Shown here piece after piece: positions 47,061-56,635 of a stretch of 64,000 nt of DNA. This stretch comes from Emiliania huxleyi CCMP1516. Its lineage: Eukaryota. The DNA is taken from contig NW_005201102.1 of the NCBI RefSeq assembly GCF_000372725.1, forward strand, positions 186,001-250,000, read 5' to 3'. The notes below the pieces were generated by a model. It did not search any database. It worked only from the letters and a program-made list of their open reading frames with translations, and was not told the origin of the DNA. The stretch's first letter is position 1. Each line of letters begins with the position of its first letter. The translations under genes and the position numbers were made by a program.

Positions 47061-48491
47061 TCAGACGCGGGCTGGTAGCTTGAACATGGCGAAAGAGCGC
47101 ACGTGTGCAGCCTCGAGTTCGTGCGCCAGGGCTTCGAGGTCTTTGGCCGTCGTGAGGGGCGCGCCCGGCCCCTCGCCCAGCACCTCCTTGATTCGCTTGC
47201 CCTCGTACACCTGGAGCGTGCCCGGCGTCTCGCCCTGCGGGTAGTGGAGCACCCGCCCCACGTGGTCGAACCGGATCATCACCTCGACGAGGGTCTCCAC
47301 GTCCTTGCTCCCCTTGACCTGCATGTACGCCTCGCGCAGGCCGTCGCGCGCGCTGAGCGCCCTCGCGAGGAGCCGCTTCAGGTAGCTCGGCAGGTGCACC
47401 TTGGTCCCGACCTCGTCGACCGCCTTCTCCACCAGCATCGGCATCGACAGCTCGAGCACCTCGTTCAGATAACCCAGGCAGCCAGGCAGCCGCGGCACCA
47501 CGTCGACGCCGTACACGACGTTGACTGCGTTGGCGTTGAGGTCGGCGAGGATCGCGTGCGACTCGCCGTGCACGTCCGGGTCGAGCTGCGCGAGCGAGGG
47601 CTCCGAGAGAATGGTCATCGGTGCGGCGAAGCCGAGGGTGGAGACGTGCACGCCGCGGTCGAGCTGGTTCCACGGCGCCGCGCCCTGCTCAATCTGGCCG
47701 CGCACGAAGAGGTGGCCGACGTGCGCGAGTCCCCCCGCGAGGGAGTGGCCGGTCAAGATCATCCGCTGCACCTTGTGCTCCAGCATCAGGGAGACGATTC
47801 TGCCTTCGTGGGCGGCGAGGTCGTTCTCGCAGAGCGAGACGTATGCGCCGTGCGCTCGGATCGGGCTCTTCCCGTCCCTGGACCAGCGGCGGGAGACGAC
47901 TGGCGTCGCGTCGACGTCGGAGACCCAGTCCATGATCGTGTGCGAACCGCGCCAGAGGAGCAGCATCGTGGAGACGCCGCCCATCTGCACGACGGCGTAG
48001 CCAAACGGCGGCAGCGAGACGTCGAGGACGCCGTGCACCTCCAACGTCGCGGAGGCCCACTGGATACTCTCGACGTGGGCCTCGATCGGAGCGAAGAGGA
48101 CGCGTGCGTCCGCTGCGGCGGTGTCAAGCTCGTACATCGACGCCACCATTGTGGCGCAGGCCTCGACCACCTCCCTTGTGAGCGGCTTGACAGCCTCGGC
48201 GAGGGTGACCGGCACGGCCGGCGATGCGGCAGGAGCGAGCTCGCGGCTCGCTGGCGAAACGGCCTTGCCGAGGAAGCTTGCGATCTCCCTCTGCTTGCGA
48301 GCCACCTCTGGCTCCACGCCATCGCCATGATCGACTTCGATGACGTCGCTCGGCGACTCTGGGCGAGGGCTCTTTGGGCCCTGGAATCTGGCTCTGAGGA
48401 ACGCAATCGGCGACGAGAGCGGGGACGAACTGAGGCTTCGCTTGCCCGGAGCCACCGTTACGGCGAGCTTGTTGCTCCTTCCCTGAGGCAT
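47061..48491 (-). CDS. Class 3 lipase (alpha/beta hydrolase)
   Basis: LLWRGS...DWVSD, AHGAY, ILTGHSLAGGLA (GxSxG), GFAAP, DVVPRLP, HVG, C-terminal His. Confidence 0.9.
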   Translation of the reverse strand: MPQGRSNKLAVTVAPGKRSLSSSPLSSPIAFLRARFQGPKSPRPESPSDVIEVDHGDGVEPEVARKQREIASFLGKAVSPASRELAPAASPAVPVTLAEAVKPLTREVVEACATMVASMYELDTAAADARVLFAPIEAHVESIQWASATLEVHGVLDVSLPPFGYAVVQMGGVSTMLLLWRGSHTIMDWVSDVDATPVVSRRWSRDGKSPIRAHGAYVSLCENDLAAHEGRIVSLMLEHKVQRMILTGHSLAGGLAHVGHLFVRGQIEQGAAPWNQLDRGVHVSTLGFAAPMTILSEPSLAQLDPDVHGESHAILADLNANAVNVVYGVDVVPRLPGCLGYLNEVLELSMPMLVEKAVDEVGTKVHLPSYLKRLLARALSARDGLREAYMQVKGSKDVETLVEVMIRFDHVGRVLHYPQGETPGTLQVYEGKRIKEVLGEGPGAPLTTAKDLEALAHELEAAHVRSFAMFKLPARV

Positions 48492-48743
48492 GGTAATGGC
48501 GCGCGAAATGACAGGAACTAGAGCAAATGGGGGGGCGGACTTCAGCTGGGTCCTTTTGTGGCTCTTTCTTTTCTTCGTCAGGCGGATTTCTTTCTTGCGG
48601 AAGTCGTCTGTCGTTAATCGTCAAGGAGAGAGAAACATGGAAGCTGCCTCTCTCACAGCGGCACACTGGCACAACAAAGGGTGTGGACTGGCGCACCCTT
48701 TTCCACTAGTACACTAATCGGCACACCACCGGAGCCGAGGGCA

Positions 48744-48995
48744 GAAGAAAGAAAGAAAACACACAACCCAAGGGAGGGATGGGAGAACGGCACGCCGCCA
48801 CCACACAGGGATTTTAAGGAGAGGAGGGTGTGATGCGCTAGCCGTCGCCCACCGGCCACCCTGGGGAGTCTGCCTCTTCGTATCTCTTTTCGCAGTCTCT
48901 CGCCGCTTCTCGCTGCAACCTTCATGCCACCTCGCGGCCGTCCCACTCTCGTCGTTCTCTCCCTTGTCACTTCCCCCTCTGTCGCGTCGTTCTCT
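48744..48995 (+). repeat. Dispersed intergenic repeat R1, long copy between divergent genes
   Basis: Colinear with 19875-20113 and 4205-4355. Confidence 0.85.
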
Positions 48996-49066
48996 GGGGG
49001 CTGAAAATTCCTCCAAAAAATTCTTTCTCGCCGCCAGGGACAAGACGCGGCGGCTGCGCGTCAGGC

Positions 49067-49258
49067 ATGCGGCTGCTGGGACCTGCGCTGGCTTGCTGGT
49101 GCGTGTCGAGCGTGTCGGCGAGCGGCTACCGGTTCGATGCCATCCAGTCGAAGCGGGGCGTTCAGCACGCCGACATCCAGCCGCTTCTGTCGGATAACGC
49201 CGTCGTCGGGCTGATCATGATGCTGTTCCTCGTGCTCTTTTGCTTCGGCAAGCAGTAG
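49067..49258 (+). CDS. Putative 63-aa small membrane protein (signal peptide and C-terminal TM helix)
   Basis: ATG start, MRLLGPALACWCVSSVSA signal-like, AVVGLIMMLFLVLFCFGKQ hydrophobic tail, tandem TAG stops, AATTCTTT motif ~48 nt upstream. Confidence 0.5.
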   Translation: MRLLGPALACWCVSSVSASGYRFDAIQSKRGVQHADIQPLLSDNAVVGLIMMLFLVLFCFGKQ

Positions 49259-49608
49259 TAGGGGTGCGGCGCGCACCGGCGCGCGTAGCACCAAATCGCA
49301 TTGTGTCGCCTTGGTCACGTACTACGACTCGAGCAGATGCGTCAGCGCGGGGCGCAGGCGAGCGCCGCCTGGGGACCTTAGCCGGCGAGGCAGTTTGGAT
49401 CGCCGACCACGCATCCGGCGGAGCGTGTGGCGAGGGCAGAGAGAAAAGGTTGCATCTGCGATCTGGTTGTGTGCGCGCGCACCCTGGCCCTCCATGATCT
49501 CTTCCTTCTTGGCAATGCCGGCGGATTGGGGTTTTTTGCGTTTCGTCTGAGCTCCCCAGCTCGGCTGACGGCTCCTTTCTACTGTACATACACAGATCAC
49601 AGAAAATG

Positions 49609-51036
49609 CTATGTGGTCCATGCGCCCAGCGAGAGGAGAGACCCGGCCGTGAGGCCCGAGTTGAGGGCGAGCACGAGGAGCGCGCCGGCGGCAGGGCGGT
49701 CTCGCTCCTCCACCGCGCGCGGCGCTCGCACAAAGATGGCGGTGGTGAGCCAGCCGTTGGAGAGGGCAAACAAGTGCAGCGCCAGCGCCGGCAACGCGTC
49801 CGAATGCGCGCGCGCCGCCTCGCTTCGCCGGAAGGCGACGAAGAGTGGCGCGAACAGCAGCCGGCCCGCGGCGAAGAGGAGGAGGCTGCGCGACTCGCGC
49901 GGAATGCAAAAGGGAAAGGCGCGGCCGAGCATGTCGCCCGCGTTGAAGTTGAGGAAGGAGAGCGGGACGTAGAGGGCCCTACACGCCAGATGTAGCCGAA
50001 GTGTGGCCGAGGTGTGGCCGAGGTGTGGGCGAGGTGTGGCCGGGATCTAGCGGCGCCTCCACTCGCACGAGGAGGGGGCTGCTTCGCTCGCGCGGATGGC
50101 CGAGGTGAGGGTGGGGAAGACGAAAAGAGTGACGCCAAAGCAGAGGAAGAGGGCCGCCTCCCACCCCAGCAGCGCCCTTGCCAGCCGCAGCAACGCCACC
50201 ACAGGCCCGCTGCCGCCCTCGCCCTCGCCGCCGCCGCCGCCGCTGCCACCCTTGGCGCCGCCCTCCGGTCCACGCGGTCTATGCCGCGCGTCGAGGGCGA
50301 CGAAGGCTGCGGCGCAGCAGGCTGCGACGGCGCAAGACGCGCCAAAGTACAAGGCCGCGCCCACCAGCGCGCCACGCCCGCCCGCGCCGCCGTCGTCCTC
50401 CGTCTCGCCGGCGGAGCCGGCGCAGCGGCGGCGGGCGGCGGCGGCCTCGCGCGCGAGGTTGATGAGCGAGACGACCACCCCTGCGGCGGCCTGCCCGCTG
50501 CTGAGCGCCGACATTTGCTGCGGCGCAAACGCGGTCGCGTACCCCGCCAGCGACGCCGTGAGCACCGCCTGGCTGACGCTCGCGCCGGCCGCAGAGGAAA
50601 GGAGCAGCGCGGCGCTGGCGGCCGGGCTCGGCGCGCTGCCGCTGCCGTGGAGCAGCGGCCACAGCGCCAGCAGACAGGCGCCGCCGAACGCGACGCCGAT
50701 GGCGCCGAGCGAGACCAGGACGCGGCGGCGCGCTGTGACGAGGTGGAGGAGTGGCTGCAGCGCGAGGATCGAGACGAGGCCGACGAGCGTGAAGGAGCTG
50801 GTGAGGGTTGGAAGGAAGGTGTCCTCCCAGCGCGTCCCCTCGAAGAGCAGGGCGTAGAAGCTGGTTGGCGTGATGAAGGCGTTCCAGGCCCACAGGCTTC
50901 CCACGCCTAGTGCGAAGAAGGCTGGCACAGACCAATGTTCGCCGGGTCGCTCGCCGCTCGCGGAGGAGGGGGCGCTCGAGCTAGTGCTGTCCTCGGCGAG
51001 AGGAGCGAGCTCCGATGTGCTGTGCCCTTTCGGCAT
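49609..51036 (-). CDS. Equilibrative nucleoside transporter (ENT/SLC29 family); intron 49979-50056
   Basis: FFALGVGSLWAWNAFIT, SGQAAAGVVVS, FGVTLFVFPTLT, FNAGDMLGR, RLLFAPLF, LFALSNGWLTT; many TM segments. Confidence 0.9.
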
Positions 51037-52306
51037 GGGCGAGGCGCAAATGTTCGTGCAAGCACGTGATCGCGAAACATATTTTTCCTCATCAAGCCCA
51101 AATCGCGCTGCAGGCCCAAATGTTGGTTCTAACGAGCTAAAGTGAGCGAGACGATCGAGCGAGGGGTCCCGTACCATGCGGAATCGACCCTATCCAGTGC
51201 TCAAGTGCTCAAGCTTAAAGTGCTCCAAGTGCGAGCCTGGCCGCTATGGTGTATGGAGGCCACGCAGCGAGGGTGGCCACCATACGTGTACATCTATTAC
51301 TTGTGCTCTTTTTTTTCTACACAAGTCCGCTGGCACGTATGGGACAAAACAATCTCTCTCTCTCTCGTATGGAGCTTGCACAGACCCCGAAGGTTGGACG
51401 ATCAAAGGTAAGAAGTACTGGTTGAAAAATGATGGCAGTGGTGTCGACACATCCCTGACGGAGTCGAGTTCTACCTCGAACCTTGCCACGAGGGTGAGAC
51501 CATAACCCAGGAACAGGTCTCTCTTGCCCGTTCTGAGTGCACATCAGCAGCACATCAGAGGGAGTGAGGGGGCCGCCACGGCTGGGGTTCGGCGCGCGGG
51601 ACCGTGATCCGCTCCGGGTCTGCGACCAATCCTCGTTCAGCGCGTGCGATGCGTTGCGATATGGGGGAGCCGGGAGGGGGGAGGGAGTGAGGGGGCCGCC
51701 ACGCGAGGGCTGGTGCTCTAGGAAATACCACCACTCCATTGCTCTTACCATTATACCACCCTCCCCCCAGGTGCCAGGAGAATCAAATAAGTTGTAAACC
51801 ACCCATTTTATCAGTAAATCGTCAAATGGCCAGCACTCTGACACTCTGCTCATTCGCCAGAGCACGCAGCTCCCACGCAGGGACCAGTTCTAGTGGCTGC
51901 TATGGCCTATACCACATACACATAACTCGTTTCAAACTCGGTATCGTACCACCGGCCCGACGCGCGCTCTCACAATTAGCGACGCCGGCCCACAAGCTCA
52001 GAGATCCGGATTTGAGGGTGGCTGGCTCATCTCCACTCTCATGTTTGCGTTCGTGTGGCTTCTCGCGTGGGTGCCCGAGGCCAAGGCCAACCTCATGACG
52101 GGCAAGCCGCTGTCCTCAACGCAGCCGAGGTCGATAGCACATTCCAATGCCACCGACGGGCTGCTGGCGCCAGCCATGCAGGCTGGCCGACCGCATCCGG
52201 GTTAGTTTTTGCAGCCCCGCTCGTCGCCGAGATCACGGTGCAGGCGTCTCCTGGCGCTGGCCCTCTGTGCACCCTCCCGTGCCACCATAGCTGATCCTGC
52301 GAGAGC

Positions 52307-52693
52307 TCATCCAGCCATGCTCGTTTCTGCTGTGGAGATCAAGGACTGCTTTGTGCGTATGGCGGAGTCATGCTTGCTCGACAGCTCCTCGAGCACGCCC
52401 GGCAGAGCCTCCCTCGCCGCCTCCACACTGTCGTCGCTGTGCGCGATTGCCATTCGCGCTATATGACTGCGAAACTCGGCCAGGCCCATGGTTGTGTCGG
52501 ATCCGAATGTGATCACGCCCCGCAGTTCCTGCTTGTCGAGCTTGCCATTCATGTCGACGTCGAGCTTGTTGAAGAGTTCCTTGATGCTGACCGTGTAGCC
52601 CTCCGTGACGTCGTCGAAGTGCTGCTGCTTGCGACGCAGCGCGGCGGCGGCGGCGGCGGCGGCGTATTCCCCCTTTGGACGCACGGGAGCCAT
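52307..52693 (-). CDS. Small EF-hand protein (possibly partial)
   Basis: ELFNKLDVDMNGKLDKQELR canonical EF loop; second loop degenerate. Confidence 0.55.
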   Translation of the reverse strand: MAPVRPKGEYAAAAAAAALRRKQQHFDDVTEGYTVSIKELFNKLDVDMNGKLDKQELRGVITFGSDTTMGLAEFRSHIARMAIAHSDDSVEAAREALPGVLEELSSKHDSAIRTKQSLISTAETSMAG

Positions 52694-53171
52694 TCAGGGC
52701 AGCAGCGCCACGACAGAGCGAGTGTCGCCCGTTCGGCGTATTGCAATACTCGACCGACGCGCGACGACCGTCGTAGATCTATCTGTGGCTTGCGTCCTTT
52801 TCGAGCTTTGAGAAATATTACGAAGTAAAGTTTAACTGAAAACGACTCAAGTGGACACAAAGACAAGTATAAGGTGGGGAAGACCAAGTCAGTGATTCCC
52901 AAACATGCGCTTGCAGGGTGATCACAAAAAAGAAAAGTCAAAGACCGCTCAGCGTGCAGGGCGGAGACACATGTCCCTAAATCCCATCTCGTCTCAGAGT
53001 CGTTGTGCGTTTTTTAATTTTTACGGCAGTTTGGGGAGAGAGAGAGAGAGAGATTTATTAACTTTTCTTGCAGTTTGGCTAATTCCATTTCACTCTGACA
53101 CGCTAATCTTGAAAACGTCTCCAACGGAGCTCCGTGTTGCTTCCAGCGCCCTCCCCCGCGTCCCTGCGGCC

Positions 53172-54750
53172 ATGGCCGATGCTCCTAGTATGAGAGGTCA
53201 TCTGGCTACCGCGAGCGCGACCCAACTCGTTGACGTCGTCCGATGGTTGTGCCTCAAAGTCAGCCTTCGGAGGCTATCGTGGGGTCGAGCCGGCGGCGGC
53301 TGTTACATGTGGTTCCACCACCCCTCGTAGGCTTTGCCTCTGACCGCCACCGTTCCCAGGCTGCCTAATGGGATGGAAAGGAAGGCTCGGCGAGCGTCTA
53401 GAAGCGTTCGAAGGCCCCCGCACGGGGGGTCCCGGCCGACGTCATGCGCGTCCGCCAAGGGTCCGGGGTCGCCCAGGCAAGTCGTCTTGGCAAGTGGCCC
53501 AAATCCGATGAGTTTTCCAGGTGTGAACAGCTGTTGAGAGGTGTGAATTCATCCCGGGCGGGGTGCGGGGCGGTAGTCCCGCAGAGAAAATTTTGCGTGC
53601 TGGGGCACTGAGATCGCAGTTTTATTAGTCCACGGCGGATGCCAGCTGCAGCTGCGAGGAGACACGCAGTGCCTCATTTGAGCATGAATCAGCGTCCTTT
53701 CTGCTGGCATCACGCATAGGAGAAGCCGAGAGGCACGAGGTCCTCCAATTTGCCGTACCGACGTCGCGCCTAGAGAAGATCACGGCCGCTGCCAAGCAGG
53801 CCAAGCTCGATCTCGACCGCGACCGCGCCTCTGCCGCCCTCCCCCCTGCGCCCGCCGCAGCTGGCCTTGCGTCCGGCGTCGCTGCCACCGGCCCCGCCGG
53901 CCTTGCGCCCGGCGCCGCTGCCACCGGCACCGGCACCGGCCCCGCCGCTTCTGACACCGCCGCGTCCGCCGCGCCCGCCGCCGACCCGCCGACGGAGTCG
54001 CCGCTCACAATTGCAACACCAATGCTCGAGATCAGCACGAACGTTGTGATCGCCACGTACGACAGCGCGGGTAGGTTCGACTGGTGGTGCGGCCGCGTGC
54101 AGCAGATGCTCTGCAAGTCGGGCGGCAAGAGGGGGAGCTACGTGCGGACCTATCTCCCCGTGCCGTTCGACGAGGCTAAGGCAGCCAACTATAAGATCCA
54201 CTGCAACTTCTACGCCAAGTCGGGCGCGGACGGCGACTACACCTTCAAGTACAACGTCGACGATTCCGCCCCGTACCACATGGAGTCGGTGCTCGGCCTC
54301 CTCGACCTCAACCTCCCCACCGACGAAGGAGTCTACGTGCCGCGCGATCAACAGGCCGGCTGGAAGTTTGACGAGGCGCTTAAACTGATCACGCCGGCCG
54401 CGGACTCTGCTCCCCACCGCAAGCGGAGTACCGCCGACGACGAGGCTGGCGGCTCCTCTGGCGCGAAGAAGCGCGCCCTAACGCTGACGCTCACACGCAA
54501 GGGCGGGACGCTTGGAATCTCTGTCGACCCCAACAACCACCAAATCACCAACGTGGTCGAGGGTGGCGCTGGCGACACCGCCGGGCTTTGCGTGGGCGAC
54601 TTCATCGCCGAGGTCAACGGCAAGTCGACGACCGGCGGCTCCTTTGGCAAGCTGCTGCCTGCTGCAGCGACGGCGGAGATTAGGCTGCGGCTCATCCGAG
54701 TGCAGGTGGTTGAGCCCGACCATCTACACCTCCCTGACCTACTAGCATAA
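53172..54750 (+). CDS. Hypothetical protein with a C-terminal PDZ domain; predicted intron 53259-53628
   Basis: LTLTRKGGTLGISVD...ITNVVEGGAGDTAGLCVGDFIAEVNG is a PDZ signature. The frame is open back to TTTTATTAG at 53628, and a 29-codon exon from ATG 53172 joins in phase. Confidence 0.7.
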
Positions 54751-55290
54751 GTGTCTTCCCCTCCCCCTCGCACACAGGATTGACGCTGCTCTCGGCGCTC
54801 GCTCCCTCCTCGCCGCCGCGGACCAGGCGTGCCCGCGGGGGCTCTGCAGAGAGACGGCTCCGCGCGATCGGACCGACTTTTTTCAGACTGGACTATTCTG
54901 GATACTAAGGGTATGTGCAGCTAGATCTCACTGAGCTGAGCTCATATCTGCCCTCAGTATCCTGTTTTGAGTTCGGGAATGCCTTCAGTATCCTGTTTCC
55001 GTGTACGGAGGGCCGCGTCCGGACGCGCATGACGTCGGCCGGGACCCCCCGTGCGGGGGCCTTCAGCGTTCTCGACCTCATCGTGGCAACCACGCAGGAC
55101 ATTCGTTTTTGGCGCAAGAGAAGGAGAGGTCAGTGTAGTATTACAACTCAGGTGAGAAGTGACTAATTCCGCCCGAGTACATGAACAACTCCGCCCGAAA
55201 GGACGTCGCAATCATGTGACGGAAAGTGCGCTCCTCCTGACAAAGTGCGCTCCACCTCTCCTGGTCCTTCCCCTCTCTGGTCGTGGTGCG

Positions 55291-56208
55291 ATGCTGTCGA
55301 CCGCCCTGCTGCACCTCTGCCCGCTCGCGGCCGCCGTGCCGTCACCGACACCGTGTGAGTGCGGTCGCTCGGATGCCAAAGCTTCCACGTGCTCCGTCGA
55401 GCAGTTCCTCGACGCGACGTACTTTTGGGACTCCGTCGACCCAATCCCTGTCGACCCAAACTGCGCCAAGGACCCATACTCGGCGATGGGGTCTGAGATT
55501 ATTCAGGGCTTCAAAGCTTCCGACGACGGCAACTACAGCATCATTCAGGGCCCGTCCCCCTTTCCGCCGGGCACCTGCGGTTCGCGCTCCTCTTCAGATC
55601 CGCGTGTGTTCGGGCCGCACTTCTGGAAGACGTTCCACACAATGGCTGTGAACTATCACTCACCACCGACCAAGGCTGCACTCGGAGCTTGCTCCGCCTT
55701 CATCAAGGCCCTGCCTTACATGATCCCCTGCACTCACTGTGCCTGGGACCTAGGACAGTTCATCCAAACGAACATTGAAAACAGCGGCAAATACAACGAG
55801 ACCTGCATGGGAGCTACCTCGGAGCATTTTGATGAGTCCTTGTGCTTTGCACCCGAAGAGGCCTGCAAGTCGCAACGCTCGCTCGTCAGCTTCTTTGTTC
55901 GCGCGCACAACAACGTTAACAGCCACACGAACCCGTGCCGACCGCGCTTTACCATCAAGCAGGGCTATGACATGTACAAGAACTCCTCGCCAGACTTCTG
56001 CGCGCGTGACATCGTTTGGGGCTCGAAACAGATTTGTGGTGGCGGGTACTGCGCCCCGCGGGGACCGTGTGAAGAGATGGTTGGGCCGGTAGGAACCGGG
56101 ACAGGAAGCGGGCCTTCGGAAAACGACTACTTCGGAACCGACGAGACAGAGGGTTGCACCCTCGACACTGCTCTTTCCTGCGGCAGCGTGGCCTGCAAGG
56201 CGGCGTGA
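55291..56208 (+). CDS. Erv1/ALR-family FAD-dependent sulfhydryl oxidase, secreted-type, Cys-rich, intronless
   Basis: DPRVFGPHFWKTFHTMAVNY...P, LPYMIPCTHC (CxxC), FFVRAHNNVN; signal-like MLSTALLHLCPLAAA. Confidence 0.88.
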   Translation: MLSTALLHLCPLAAAVPSPTPCECGRSDAKASTCSVEQFLDATYFWDSVDPIPVDPNCAKDPYSAMGSEIIQGFKASDDGNYSIIQGPSPFPPGTCGSRSSSDPRVFGPHFWKTFHTMAVNYHSPPTKAALGACSAFIKALPYMIPCTHCAWDLGQFIQTNIENSGKYNETCMGATSEHFDESLCFAPEEACKSQRSLVSFFVRAHNNVNSHTNPCRPRFTIKQGYDMYKNSSPDFCARDIVWGSKQICGGGYCAPRGPCEEMVGPVGTGTGSGPSENDYFGTDETEGCTLDTALSCGSVACKAA

Positions 56209-56635
56209 AAAGTGCTATAAGAAGAGAGGGGGAGGATAGACAGTATATGATAGATGCGATCGCCAGCTAGGCGCCCAAGATAGAGGCCCATTCCGAATAG
56301 CGAATTAATTAACAGCTGTTGAGAGAGATTCTTCTCTCTCTGTCGCAGCTGCCTATCTGGAAGGCACCGAGAGGTACAAAATGGCGCAAATGGTCAAAAT
56401 CAAAGTTTTGTAACGCGAGCTGTGCCACAGTGAAATGGAACTAGCCTTTATCATCCGGGTGCACGCGGTGGGTCTGGACTTTCCTGACACGCGACGCCCC
56501 CGAATGCTGCAAGAGACGGGGGCAATTTAGCGTGAGAGGCCCGCCCAGACGGCTCGGCGGCATCGGGCGCCCGACCCGCGGCGCGGGACGCGGCGGGGAC
56601 AGGAGGGCGAGCCCCGCGGCGTTGTCCCCTCCCCT

